From the NCBI GenBank assembly GCA_965207115.1, contig CBDBLR010000003.1, positions 224,563 through 288,562 of the forward strand: 64,000 nt of DNA, read 5' to 3'. Both the position numbers and the translations under genes were made by a program. This stretch comes from Dehalococcoidia bacterium. GTDB taxonomy: Bacteria; Chloroflexota; Dehalococcoidia; UBA6926. The notes under the pieces are model-generated. The model made no database searches. It was not told the origin of the DNA and was given only the letters and a program-made list of their open reading frames with translations. Positions 52,306-63,935 of the stretch are shown here, in pieces. Within the stretch, counting starts at the first letter, position 1. Every line of letters starts with the position of its first letter.

Positions 52306-52920
52306 CTAGTCGGCCTCGCCCACGTTGCCCCAGCGGGCGACGCCTAGACGCCATAGTACGACCATGTTGGTAAGGACGCCGATGACGGCCAGTGTTGCCA
52401 CACCCTGACCGATGATCGCGCCGATCATGATGACGAACAGCCGGAGGTCGCGTGACGCCAGCGCGCCGGGCAGGCCCTCGAACGGCTGGCCGAATGTCGC
52501 TTCTGCCCGCGCGCGGCTGTAGCTGATCATCAATGAGCCGACAATGGCGACACCGGCGAGAAGCGTCACGGTTGTTTGATCGGCTCCGGCCTGGAATTTG
52601 AATGCCCAATAGCCGAACCCGGCAAGGATGACCGCGTCCGCGTAGCGGTCCAACAGGGCATCGAAGAACCCGCCAAATCTGCTTGCCATGTTCTTGGCGC
52701 GAGCCAGATCGCCGTCAACGCCATCCACGATTGACGATGCCTGGACGAGAACGCCCGCCCATATGTTGAGGTCGTAGTAGAAGAGTGCAGCCGCGCCCAC
52801 TGCCATCAGGAACGCGATGAACGAGACCTGGTTCGGCGTGACGGGAGTGTGGGCGAGCGCCCGCGCGATGGGGCGCGAGAAGCGTCGGTTCAGGTACCGG
52901 GATACAAAGCCTTCGTGCAT
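52306..52920 (-). CDS. CDP-alcohol phosphatidyltransferase family protein
   Basis: DGVDGDLAR...GGFFDALLDRYAD matches D(x)2DG(x)2AR...G(x)3D(x)3D. Multiple TM segments. Confidence 0.85.
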   Translation of the reverse strand: MHEGFVSRYLNRRFSRPIARALAHTPVTPNQVSFIAFLMAVGAAALFYYDLNIWAGVLVQASSIVDGVDGDLARAKNMASRFGGFFDALLDRYADAVILAGFGYWAFKFQAGADQTTVTLLAGVAIVGSLMISYSRARAEATFGQPFEGLPGALASRDLRLFVIMIGAIIGQGVATLAVIGVLTNMVVLWRLGVARWGNVGEAD

Positions 52921-52929
52921 GCGTCGGCG

Positions 52930-53658
52930 CTACGTGACGTACCCGAGGGCCTCACGCGCCAGCTTCAGATCCTCCCACGTGTCCACGTCAAACCAGAATG
53001 CGCCCTCCACATCGTGGGCATGCAGGCCATTGCCTGAGAGGATCATGCGCGTCACGGCCTGGCTCAACTCATCGTGGGAACTGTCCTCAGCGAGCTTGTC
53101 TTGAATCGCATCAAAGATAGCGGGCGTGAAGAGGAACACACCGCAATCGATTCCATTCCAGTTCGGCAGATTCTTGCCGATGGCCACGATATGACCGGTG
53201 TCATCCACACTAACCCGAGTCCCCTCTTCGACATCCCGGTCGTCAGGGTCGAAATCCACGGCCAGCGCATTGAGATTCCACCCGTTCTCCTTTGCGCCGT
53301 CGACAAGCCCTCTGATGATATCTGCGGATGGCATGTGATCGGCCATGGAGAGGATGAACGGTTCTGTGCCGACCTCTTCCTTCGCGGTGAGGACGGAAAC
53401 GGCGTTTCCTCGATGGTGCTCCGTGTTCATGACATATGTGATGTTGAGGCCTCGCGTTGAGCCGTCCCCAAGCACGTCCTGCAGCGCCTGCCCCTCATGG
53501 CCAATGACGATGCAGATGTCCGTTATACCGGCCTGTTGCATCCCGTCCAGTGTGTGGTCAATCACCGTCTGCCCGTTGACAGGCAGGAGCGCCTTGTGGC
53601 GGACACCGTATTGGCTAAAGCGAGAGCCATGTCCCGCTGCCAAAATGACAGCCTTCAT
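52930..53658 (-). CDS. Nucleotidyltransferase (sugar- or alcohol-phosphate cytidylyl/uridylyltransferase fold)
   Basis: MKAVILAAGHGSRF signature. I prefer the ATG at 53658 behind AAGGAG; the track ORF starts at 53757. Confidence 0.8.
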   Translation of the reverse strand: MKAVILAAGHGSRFSQYGVRHKALLPVNGQTVIDHTLDGMQQAGITDICIVIGHEGQALQDVLGDGSTRGLNITYVMNTEHHRGNAVSVLTAKEEVGTEPFILSMADHMPSADIIRGLVDGAKENGWNLNALAVDFDPDDRDVEEGTRVSVDDTGHIVAIGKNLPNWNGIDCGVFLFTPAIFDAIQDKLAEDSSHDELSQAVTRMILSGNGLHAHDVEGAFWFDVDTWEDLKLAREALGYVT

Positions 53659-53843
53659 ACAAATCTCCTTTGTGCGGCGGCGAGGCTCTCTCCCCACTCG
53701 AGCCCTTCGCGGCCAAGAATCGTCGGCTAACGCCGGATGGAGTAGTCTAACACGCAATCGTTAAGAATTTGCGAATCCTGAACAGCCCGGCGCTGCACCC
53801 AAAATTGCCGGCAGAAACGGATGCCGGCTGCACGACTTCCCCC

Positions 53844-56800
53844 CTAATTCGCCGTGACGAGCGCGGCTCCCTCAACCTTCTTGAGTACCTCGGCGAGTGA
53901 GAGATTCTTGTCACGTAGCTGCGCGGGCAGGGCCTTCCAGAACATCCCACGGTACCTGTCCCAATCGGACAGGATTTCTGCGGAGCGCTTGCTGCCGGTC
54001 GTCTCGGCATGGCGCTCAATGAGCTCCAGAACGTGCCGCTCGTCGTCATCGTCTTCAAGCCTGTCCAGAACCAACAGCTCCTGGTTGTAGAGCGATGGAA
54101 AATCGCCGGTCTCGTCCAGAACGAACGCCGCGCCGCCGGACATGCCCGCTCCGAAATTGCGCCCCACCGTTCCGAGCACGACCACGATGCCGCTGGTCAT
54201 GTATTCACAGCCGTGATCGCCCACGCCCTCCACAACGGCCTGCGTGCCGCTGTTGCGCACTGCGAATCGCTCGCCTGCCCGTCCGGCGACAAAGAAGTAT
54301 CCTCCTGTTCCGCCGTAGATACAGGTGTTGCCGATGATGGAGTTCTTGTGCGACTCGAAATTTGCATCGGCTGGCGGCCTGATGACGAGTTCTCCGCCCG
54401 CCATGCCCTTGCCGACGTAGTCATTCGCCTCGCCTGTCAGCGTCATCCGGACGCCCTCATTCAGGAACGCGCCGAAGCTCTGTCCGGCGGAACCGGCGAA
54501 TGACAGGTCGATCGTGCCGGGGGGCAGGCCCTTGATGCCGTAACGGTGGGCGATGGCTCCCGAGACACGCGCGCCGACGGTGCGCTGGGCATTCCTGATG
54601 TCATAGGACAGCGAGACGGGAGTTCGACTCTCGATTGCGCCGGTGATTTCCGAGAGGATGCGGTCATCCAACTTCTCGTCGTTCGGCCTGTCGTTGCGGT
54701 CTTGCTCATTGCTGACCGGGCGCTGGAAAGCGGGGTCGGCAGGGGCAATCAACTTGAGGGCGTCCACGAACCTGGCGCGCTCGAACTCTTCGATGTCCGG
54801 GCGGAGCGTCAGGAACTCGGGATGGCCGATGATCTCATTCAGCGAGCGTACGCCGATGCTTGCAAGGAGTTCGCGAACTTCCGTTGCGACGAAGGTGAAG
54901 TAATTCACGACCGTCTCGACAGAACCGTTGAACTTGGCGATCAAGTCGTCTCGCTGCGTGGCCACCCCGACGGGGCAGCTGTTCAGATGACATTGACGCG
55001 CCATTTCACAACCCAGTGCGAGCAGGGCAACTGTGCCAAAACCGACTTCATCTGCGCCGAGCATTGTCGCTATGACGACATCGCGCCCCGTGCGGATACC
55101 GCCGTCCGTGCGCAACTTGACGCGGCCGCGCAGGTCATTCATCACCAGGACTTGCTGTGCCTCTGTCAGGCCCAGCTCCCATGGCGTGCCGGCGTTCTTG
55201 ATGGATGACAGCGGACTCGCGCCCGTGCCGCCCTCATGACCGGAGATCTGAACCTTGTCCGCGTAGCCCTTGGCGACGCCGGCGGCGATTGTGCCGACGC
55301 CAGCTTCCGCCACCAGCTTGACGCTGACCTTGGCTCGGGGATTGACCGTCTTGAGGTCATAGATGAGCTGTGCCAGATCCTCGATGGAGTAGATGTCGTG
55401 GTGCGGCGGCGGCGAGATCAGCGTGATCCCGGGCTGCGTGTGGCGGATGTAAGCGATGTACTCGATGACCTTGTGGCCGGGGAGCTGCCCGCCCTCGCCG
55501 GGCTTGGAGCCCTGCGCCATCTTGATCTCAAGCTCCTCGGCCATGGCGAGGTATTCCGGCGTGACGCCGAAACGGCCTGACGCGACCTGCTTGATCTTGG
55601 AGTTGGCATTGTAGCCACGCGTAAGGCCACGGAAGCGTCGGGGATCCTCACCGCCCTCGCCGGTATCAGCCGCGCCGCCGATGTGGTTCATGGCCATAGC
55701 CAGCGTCTCATGCGCTGGTGGGCTCAACGCGCCGAGCGACATTGCGCCCGTCGTGAAGTGCTTCCAGATCTCTTCGATTGGCTCCACCTCATCGATGGGG
55801 ATTGGCTCACGCGTCTTGTTGAACGTCAGCACGTCCCGCAGCGAGGAAACCGGCCGATTGTTCAGCGCGTCGCGGTAGGGAACATAGTCCTCGTAGTCGC
55901 CGGATCGGACAGCCCTGTGCAGCGTCCGCACGACGATGGGGTTGTTGGCGTGGAACTCGCCGCTCTTGCGATAGCGGATGAATCCGTGGTCTTCGAGCTT
56001 GGATTTTGGCGTCAGTTCCGTGTTGAACGCCCGCTCATGCCGGGCGAGGATATCTGTCGCCAGCTCGCGGAATCCCAGTCCGCCCACCTGCGACGGCGTG
56101 CTCACAAAACACTTCTGAATAATATCGTCGCTCAGGCCGATGGCCTCAAATATCTGCGCGCCGTGGTATGACGTGACCGTGGAGATGCCAATCTTGGACA
56201 TGATCTTCAGCACGCCCTTGTTGGCAGACGCCTGGTACTTGGCGAGGGTGTAGTCCTCGTCCTCCTCCTCGCTGAACTCTCCGCGTTCGAAGAGTTCACG
56301 CAGGCTCTCCCAGATGAGATACGGATTGACGGCGCTCGCGCCATACCCGATGAGCGCCGCGAAGTGGTGTACCTCTCTCGCCTCGCCCGTGTCACATACA
56401 AGGCTCGCCTTCATGCGCTTGCCGCGTCGGATGAGGTCGTGATGGACCGCCCCGAGGGCCAGCAACATTGGGATGGGCGCGTGTCGCTCGTCTACGGGCC
56501 TGTCCGAGAGAACGATGATCGAGTGTCCCGCGTCCACCGCGGAGACTGCCTGTTCACACAGATCGTCTATTGCCTTTTCCAGAGCGTCCGGACCATCCCC
56601 TGCGGTGAAGACAGCCGGCAGCGTGACGGACGAGAGGCTTGGTGAATCTACCCCACGGATTGCGTCGAGCTCATGGTCACGGATAACGGGTCCGGGGACG
56701 GCGAGCAGATGTGCCGCCTCCTCGCGTTCCCGCAGCATGCTGTCGCGCGGGCCGAGGTACGTCTCTGCGGACATGACGATGGCCTCGCGGATAGGGTCGA

Positions 56801-58427
56801 TTGCCGGGTTTGTCACCTGCGCGAATCGCTGCTTGAAATAGTTGAACAGGGAGGGCTGCATCCGGGAGAAGACCGCCAACGGCGTGTCATCGCCCATCGA
56901 ATACGTGGCGTCCTTGCCCTCCTGCACCATGGGCTTGATGACGATGAGCAGCTCTTCCGCCGTCATCCCGAAGGCCTTTTGGCGGCGCATCAACTCCATC
57001 TCAGATTCAAGGTGATGCCCCGCGCCGTTCTGCATGGAGTGTATTGGCACGTTCAGCTGGATGTACTGACGTTCCGCCCACTCGCGATAGGGCTGCTGCA
57101 CGGCGATTTCACTCTTGATCTCGCCGTTCTTCATGATGCGCCCGCTGCGGGTGTCAACGGCAATCATGTGCCCGGGGCCAAGACGGCCCTTTTCGATGAT
57201 GCGCTCATTCGCGATGTGCGGCAGGACGCCGACCTCTGAACCCATGACCACAAGGCCGTCATCCGTGATGATGTAGCGGGCAGGGCGCAGGCCGTTGCGA
57301 TCCAGCGATGCCCCGACTGTCTCGCCGTCCGACCATGCCAGCGCGGCGGGGCCGTCCCACGGCTCGGTCAGGGATGCGTGGTATCGATAGAATCCGCGAA
57401 GATCCTCGTCCATGTGCGGCATGTTCTCCCACGCCTCCGGCGTGAGCATCATCATGGAGTGCAACAGGCTCCGACCGGACACCTGCAGGAGTTCAAATGC
57501 GTGATCCAGAGAGGCGGAGTCCGAGACCGTCTGCGATGTTAGCGGCGTGATTGTGCGGATATCGTCCTTCGACCACACTTCGGAACTGAGGTCGGCCTCG
57601 CGTGCTCGCAGCCAATTGCGGTTGCCCTGCAGGGTGTTGATTTCACCGTTGTGGGCCAGGAATCGGAATGGCTGCGAAAGCTGCCAATTGGGGAACGTGT
57701 TGGTGGAATAGCGCTGATGGAAGACGGCCAGAGCCGATTCAAAGTCTGGGTCATCAAGATCTTTGTAGAAGCCCGACAACTGCGTTGCGACAAGTAGACC
57801 CTTGTACACGACTGTCCTTGATGAAAAGGACGGGATGTAGAACTCGGTGTCGTCCTGCGCCGTCATTTCGTTTTCGACGGCTCGCCGTACCAGGTACAGC
57901 GCGCGTTCAAACGCGTCATTATCCAGGTCCGACGGGCGGGCAATAATCGCTTGTCGAATATCCGGCTGGGTGGCCAGCGCCTGTTCGCCGAGTACGGAGG
58001 GATCGTTCGGCACATCCCGCCACGTCAGGAAGCGAAGGCCGCGCTTCGCCGTCTCCTGCTCGACCATCTTGGCCGCATGCTTCGAGCCATCCGGGTTCTC
58101 GGCGTTAAAGAACACCATGCCGAGCGCGAGGTCATCGCCTGAGACATCGGAAATGCCATGAGAGGCGAGCTCGCGAAGGAGCAGCTTGCGTGGAAGTTGT
58201 GTCAGGATACCTGCGCCGTCACCCGTGCGAGCGTCTGCAGATACTGCGCCTCGGTGGGTGAGATTGACCACGGCAGTAATCGCCTGCCTGACAATGTCAT
58301 ACGACGGAACGCCGGAAACCTGTGCGATAAAGCCGGTTCCGCAGGCATCCTTTTCGTGGATGGGATCGTATAGCGGCGGCGCGTCAGGACGCCGCCACTG
58401 ACGTGCTTCTATTGAGGCCATAGCCAA
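53844..58427 (-). CDS. gltB: Glutamate synthase large subunit, 1527 aa
   Basis: N-terminal amidotransferase domain with KDACGTGFIA, FMN and Fe-S regions, and a C-terminal GXGXG domain. No gltD is adjacent. Confidence 0.97.
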   Translation of the reverse strand: MAMASIEARQWRRPDAPPLYDPIHEKDACGTGFIAQVSGVPSYDIVRQAITAVVNLTHRGAVSADARTGDGAGILTQLPRKLLLRELASHGISDVSGDDLALGMVFFNAENPDGSKHAAKMVEQETAKRGLRFLTWRDVPNDPSVLGEQALATQPDIRQAIIARPSDLDNDAFERALYLVRRAVENEMTAQDDTEFYIPSFSSRTVVYKGLLVATQLSGFYKDLDDPDFESALAVFHQRYSTNTFPNWQLSQPFRFLAHNGEINTLQGNRNWLRAREADLSSEVWSKDDIRTITPLTSQTVSDSASLDHAFELLQVSGRSLLHSMMMLTPEAWENMPHMDEDLRGFYRYHASLTEPWDGPAALAWSDGETVGASLDRNGLRPARYIITDDGLVVMGSEVGVLPHIANERIIEKGRLGPGHMIAVDTRSGRIMKNGEIKSEIAVQQPYREWAERQYIQLNVPIHSMQNGAGHHLESEMELMRRQKAFGMTAEELLIVIKPMVQEGKDATYSMGDDTPLAVFSRMQPSLFNYFKQRFAQVTNPAIDPIREAIVMSAETYLGPRDSMLREREEAAHLLAVPGPVIRDHELDAIRGVDSPSLSSVTLPAVFTAGDGPDALEKAIDDLCEQAVSAVDAGHSIIVLSDRPVDERHAPIPMLLALGAVHHDLIRRGKRMKASLVCDTGEAREVHHFAALIGYGASAVNPYLIWESLRELFERGEFSEEEDEDYTLAKYQASANKGVLKIMSKIGISTVTSYHGAQIFEAIGLSDDIIQKCFVSTPSQVGGLGFRELATDILARHERAFNTELTPKSKLEDHGFIRYRKSGEFHANNPIVVRTLHRAVRSGDYEDYVPYRDALNNRPVSSLRDVLTFNKTREPIPIDEVEPIEEIWKHFTTGAMSLGALSPPAHETLAMAMNHIGGAADTGEGGEDPRRFRGLTRGYNANSKIKQVASGRFGVTPEYLAMAEELEIKMAQGSKPGEGGQLPGHKVIEYIAYIRHTQPGITLISPPPHHDIYSIEDLAQLIYDLKTVNPRAKVSVKLVAEAGVGTIAAGVAKGYADKVQISGHEGGTGASPLSSIKNAGTPWELGLTEAQQVLVMNDLRGRVKLRTDGGIRTGRDVVIATMLGADEVGFGTVALLALGCEMARQCHLNSCPVGVATQRDDLIAKFNGSVETVVNYFTFVATEVRELLASIGVRSLNEIIGHPEFLTLRPDIEEFERARFVDALKLIAPADPAFQRPVSNEQDRNDRPNDEKLDDRILSEITGAIESRTPVSLSYDIRNAQRTVGARVSGAIAHRYGIKGLPPGTIDLSFAGSAGQSFGAFLNEGVRMTLTGEANDYVGKGMAGGELVIRPPADANFESHKNSIIGNTCIYGGTGGYFFVAGRAGERFAVRNSGTQAVVEGVGDHGCEYMTSGIVVVLGTVGRNFGAGMSGGAAFVLDETGDFPSLYNQELLVLDRLEDDDDERHVLELIERHAETTGSKRSAEILSDWDRYRGMFWKALPAQLRDKNLSLAEVLKKVEGAALVTAN

Positions 58428-58475
58428 TTGTACACAAAACCCCCTTGAAACTCACGGGGCGGGCAGGGACGGCGG

Positions 58476-59915
58476 CTATAGGGTTTGCAGGTAGCGGTCG
58501 ATCTCAAAGTCGGTCACATGCGCGCGGAACGCCTCCCACTCAATCCGCTTGTTCTCAATGAAGCTATTGAATATGTGGTCACCCAAGGCATCGCGCACAA
58601 GGTCACTCTTCTCCGTCAGCAGGATTGCTTCATGCAGGCTGCGGGGCAGTTCTCCAATGCCCATCTCAGCCCGCTGCGCCCCGGACATGCCGAACGCGTT
58701 TTCGTTCAACGCGTCGGACGGCTGCAGATTGCGCTCGATGCCGTCAAGGCCGGCAGCGAGCATAACGGAGAAGGCGAGGTACGGATTGCAGGCCGGATCG
58801 GGCGCCCTGTATTCGAGGCGCGCAGCCTCCGGGTTGCTGGGCGGAACGCGCGGAATGCGGATGAGATCCGAGCGGTTGCGGTGGGCCCACGTCAAATACA
58901 CCGGGGCCTCATAGCCCGGCACAAGCCGCTTGTAGGAGTTGATCCACTGGTTGGTGATGGCCGTGAATGCAGGCGCGTGCTCAAGCAGTCCCGCGATGAA
59001 ATTCAGGGCGATCGGAGATAGGTGATTGGGGTCGTCCGCCGAATAGAAAGCGTTGGCCTCACCCCTGAAGAGCGACTGATGCGTGTGCATGCCGCTGCCG
59101 TTTTCAGTGGTAATGGGTTTCGGCATGAATGTAGCGTGAACGCCATGCTGCCGCGCGATTTCACGTACCACCAGGCGATACGTCATGCAGTTGTCGGCCA
59201 TCGTCAGCGCGTCAGTGTACCGGAGGACGATCTCATCCTGGCCGGGCGCGACCTCATGATGGCTGTATTCCGCCTCGATGCCCATTTCCTCCAGCGTCAG
59301 GATGGTTTCCCTGCGGAGGTCGGAGGCGACGTCCAATGGCATCTGGTCGAAATAGCCGCCGTTGTCCAGCGGGGTCGGGTCGTCAGGGCCGCGGAAATAG
59401 TAGTACTCAAGCTCCGGCCCCACGTAGAACGTGTAGCCGAGTTCCTGCGCGCGCTGCAGATTGCGGCGCAGAACATAGCGCGGATCGCCATCGAAGGGCT
59501 CGCCCTCCGGCGTGTAGATATCCGCGAAGATGCGGGCGACGCCCGGATGCTCAGGACGCCAGGGCAAGATGGCGAATGTGGACGGGTCCGGCACGGCGAC
59601 CATGTCCGATTCATCTACACGGGCGAATCCCTCAATGGATGCGCCGTCGAAACCGATGCCGTGCTCAAGCGCGACCTCAAGCTGCGCGGGACTCAAAGAG
59701 AATCCCTTGAGGTTCCCGAGGATGTCCGAGAACCATAGCCTGATGAACTTGACGTTGCGCTCCCTGACCGTGCGGAGCACGAATTCCCTTGCCGATTCGT
59801 CAGCCTGTATTGCCACTGTTCCCACCGTCTTCCCGTGGCTTCTCGTGGTTGACCGTTCCGCGACGCTGCGTATTACGGCCATGAGGGGCGGCGACTGCCT
59901 GCGAGACTCGGCCAC
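58476..59915 (-). CDS. Glutamine synthetase family protein (type I-like second copy)
   Basis: VKFIRLWFSDILGNLKGF, EYSHHEVAPGQDEI, KPITTENGSGMHTHQSL, and NRSDLIRIP. The N-terminal extension and start are uncertain. Confidence 0.85.
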   Translation of the reverse strand: MAESRRQSPPLMAVIRSVAERSTTRSHGKTVGTVAIQADESAREFVLRTVRERNVKFIRLWFSDILGNLKGFSLSPAQLEVALEHGIGFDGASIEGFARVDESDMVAVPDPSTFAILPWRPEHPGVARIFADIYTPEGEPFDGDPRYVLRRNLQRAQELGYTFYVGPELEYYYFRGPDDPTPLDNGGYFDQMPLDVASDLRRETILTLEEMGIEAEYSHHEVAPGQDEIVLRYTDALTMADNCMTYRLVVREIARQHGVHATFMPKPITTENGSGMHTHQSLFRGEANAFYSADDPNHLSPIALNFIAGLLEHAPAFTAITNQWINSYKRLVPGYEAPVYLTWAHRNRSDLIRIPRVPPSNPEAARLEYRAPDPACNPYLAFSVMLAAGLDGIERNLQPSDALNENAFGMSGAQRAEMGIGELPRSLHEAILLTEKSDLVRDALGDHIFNSFIENKRIEWEAFRAHVTDFEIDRYLQTL

Positions 59916-59967
59916 TCATTGGCCTGAGAATCCCGCAGGCGCGCCGCTGTGCTTTGGGTGTCGCCGT

Positions 59968-61440
<1,473 letters not shown>

Positions 61441-61544
61441 CAAAAACTCCTTCCGGTGTTGTTCTGCCAATTAATCGGAGTGAGCCTGACCAATTGGCCA
61501 GCCCCTGCCCCACATCCAGAATGCTGACGCAGGTGGGGTGTTGG

Positions 61545-61560
61545 GTTACGAACGTGTTAC
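61545..61560 (-). promoter_or_regulatory. GTAAC-n6-GTAAC direct repeat upstream of glnA; GlnR-box-like
   Basis: The minus strand reads GTAACACGTTCGTAAC, 105-120 nt upstream of the glnA ATG. It resembles the actinobacterial GlnR site pattern gTnAc-n6-GaAAc. Confidence 0.4.
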
Positions 61561-61584
61561 AGTCCGCGAATCGATGTTGGTTGT

Positions 61585-62271
61585 CTACCGTGAATCCGGG
61601 TTGGCACGAAGACGGTACCCCACGTTGCGCACCGTCTCAACGAACGTGTGCGTGGGATCCTCGATCTTGCTGCGCAAGCGGCGCACGTGAACGTCCACTG
61701 TTCGCGTGCCGCCGAAATAGTCATAGCCCCACACCACGTCCAGCAAGGTGTTGCGTGTGAAAACATGGCCGGGGCGCGAGGCGAGGATGCGCAGCAGTTC
61801 GTACTCCTTGAAGGTGAGTGTGACCTGCCGAACGCCTACCCAGACTTCATAGCGGGCGAGATTGATGCGAAGATCACCAACGTTTATCTCATCCTCATTG
61901 GCGGAGCGGGCGCGATACCGCGCATAGAGGAGGGCAAGGCGCGCGATTACCTCTGAGGGATCGGCGGGAACCAGGACGAAATCATCAAGGCCCAGCGATG
62001 CCTCAATTTCGCGGAGCTGTCCGGGGTGCACCAGGCCGAGAACAGGGACATAGACATCCTTGTGGCAGGCTGAAGCAATCTCGCGGACGTAGGCGGACCT
62101 CGCAAGCGGCCCTGCCATGTCGATGATCAGGATGTCATGGGGCCCCTGCGAAACCTCCTCCGTATCGTCGGCCTCAGTGAGCGGCGTGCATGCGATGACC
62201 TCACGGTCGAATGCGGCCGTCAGGTCGGTAAAGGCCGACGCTTCCTGAGCGCTCAATAATGCGACATGCAT
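61585..62271 (-). CDS. OmpR/PhoB-family response regulator with a degenerate receiver; GlnR-like orphan
   Basis: The winged helix LTFKEYELLRILASRPGHVFTRNTLLDVVWGYDYFGGTRTVDVHVRRLRSKI is canonical. The receiver lacks the N-terminal acidic pair, the conserved Thr/Ser and the conserved Lys. I prefer the ATG at 62271; the track ORF extends to 62643. Confidence 0.8.
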   Translation of the reverse strand: MHVALLSAQEASAFTDLTAAFDREVIACTPLTEADDTEEVSQGPHDILIIDMAGPLARSAYVREIASACHKDVYVPVLGLVHPGQLREIEASLGLDDFVLVPADPSEVIARLALLYARYRARSANEDEINVGDLRINLARYEVWVGVRQVTLTFKEYELLRILASRPGHVFTRNTLLDVVWGYDYFGGTRTVDVHVRRLRSKIEDPTHTFVETVRNVGYRLRANPDSR

Positions 62272-62337
62272 GTGGACGTACTCATTGGAGACTGAATGAG
62301 TATAGCTTGTGCTGCCGATGGTATTCTGGTGAGCACA

Positions 62338-63216
62338 ATGACCCTGACAGTTGAACAACCCATGCCGCGGCCGCGTCGCCTGCCGGAGTGGTTCAAGGTT
62401 CCCGCCCCGGGCAGCGAGCGCTACCGTAAGTTGAAGGCCCTCGTGGAGGGCAATTCGCTTCATACGGTCTGTGAGGAGGCGCGGTGCCCCAACATCGGCG
62501 ATTGCTGGGATCGGGGCACGGCAACGTTCATGATCCTCGGCGACACGTGCACACGCGCCTGCCGTTACTGCGCCGTCAAGACCGGCGACCCGGGTGGTGT
62601 GGTCGATGCTCTTGAGCCCTTGCGCGTTGCGCAGGCCGTCCACCGTATGGGCATCACGTACGCCGTCATCACATCTGTCGACCGTGACGATTTGCCCGAC
62701 GGCGGAGCGGCCATCTTTGCCCAGACGATTGGTGCAGTGAGGCGCGTCGCGTCAGGCGTTGGTGTTGAGGTACTCATTCCGGATTTCGGCGGGAATTGGG
62801 ACGCGCTGCGCGCAGTAATCGATGCGGCGCCGGATGTCCTTAACCACAACATCGAAAGTGTGCCGTCCGTGTTTCGCACGGTGAGGCCGCGGGGAAACTA
62901 CTGGCTATCGCTGGAACTGCTGGAACGGGCCAAGCGGGAAGGCATGCGCACGAAGTCCGGCATCATGGTCGGGCTGGGGGAGACTCGCGAGGAACTCCTC
63001 TCGACGATGAATGATCTGGTCAGCGTTGGATGCGACATTCTCACCATCGGTCAGTACCTGCGGCCAACACCGTCACACGCGCCACTGGACAGGTTCTATA
63101 CGCCTGCAGAGTTTGCCGAACTTCGCGAGGAAGGGATGGCGCGTGGCTTCAAGCACGTGGAATCCGGACCCCTCGTCCGAAGCTCCTACCATGCGGAGGA
63201 ACAAGCGGGACGCTAG
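62338..63216 (+). CDS. lipA: Lipoyl synthase
   Basis: LHTVCEEARCPNIGDCW and radical-SAM CTRACRYCAV. I prefer the ATG at 62338; the track ORF starts at 62296. Confidence 0.95.
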   Translation: MTLTVEQPMPRPRRLPEWFKVPAPGSERYRKLKALVEGNSLHTVCEEARCPNIGDCWDRGTATFMILGDTCTRACRYCAVKTGDPGGVVDALEPLRVAQAVHRMGITYAVITSVDRDDLPDGGAAIFAQTIGAVRRVASGVGVEVLIPDFGGNWDALRAVIDAAPDVLNHNIESVPSVFRTVRPRGNYWLSLELLERAKREGMRTKSGIMVGLGETREELLSTMNDLVSVGCDILTIGQYLRPTPSHAPLDRFYTPAEFAELREEGMARGFKHVESGPLVRSSYHAEEQAGR

Positions 63217-63935
63217 CTGCCGTTCACCTCGACGTCTTGGGAACCCATTCCCTTTAGGGACACCGTCGCCCCGGCCCAGGCAACCCCCATCTCAACGATG
63301 GTGGCGAGGCCGATGAGCAGAGTCGCCTGCAGGAAGAAAAACTGCGGGAAGAGCTGAATCATCCTGTCGTCTGCCGTTCCCCGCCACAGATCGTTGGAGA
63401 AGCTGAGCAGGTGGAATTGCAGGAAGAGGAAATTGAACCCGCCCAGCGCCGCGAACAGGCCGATACCGATGATTGCCAGCACTGTCCAGAACGCGCCCTG
63501 ACGGATACGACGAAAGATGATTGCGGCCAGATCCGGCCGTCCGCGCGCCGCAACAACCGTAGCCGCGATTAATATGCCAAGGATGGTGACAGTCGCTACT
63601 GCCTGTACGAAGTAGACGCGGTTGAGCAGGTCACGGACATCCCGGAAGTGAATGGCCTCCGGTTCGGTAAACAGCGGCTCGCTGATGCCGTTGACGACAA
63701 TCTCGGTTGTAATCAGGTCCTCATCCGACTCGAAGTAATCGATGAGCCCGGCAGTGCCCTTGATCAGTTCAGCGCGTTCGACACCCGTTCGTTCCGGCGC
63801 GTCAAATGCATCGATGACGTAGGTATAGACGGCCTGACTGTGGAAGGCGATTCGGACGTTTGTCGTGATGAACAGGGCGGGCAAGGCAAGGACGATAACT
63901 ATGCCGAGCACCTGGAACAATCGTATGGATAACAC
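63213..63935 (-). CDS. DUF1461/TIGR01906-like integral membrane protein
   Basis: An N-terminal TM segment, an extracytoplasmic domain, and then 3-4 C-terminal TM segments. This is an architecture-based call only. Confidence 0.55.
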   Translation of the reverse strand: MLSIRLFQVLGIVIVLALPALFITTNVRIAFHSQAVYTYVIDAFDAPERTGVERAELIKGTAGLIDYFESDEDLITTEIVVNGISEPLFTEPEAIHFRDVRDLLNRVYFVQAVATVTILGILIAATVVAARGRPDLAAIIFRRIRQGAFWTVLAIIGIGLFAALGGFNFLFLQFHLLSFSNDLWRGTADDRMIQLFPQFFFLQATLLIGLATIVEMGVAWAGATVSLKGMGSQDVEVNGS

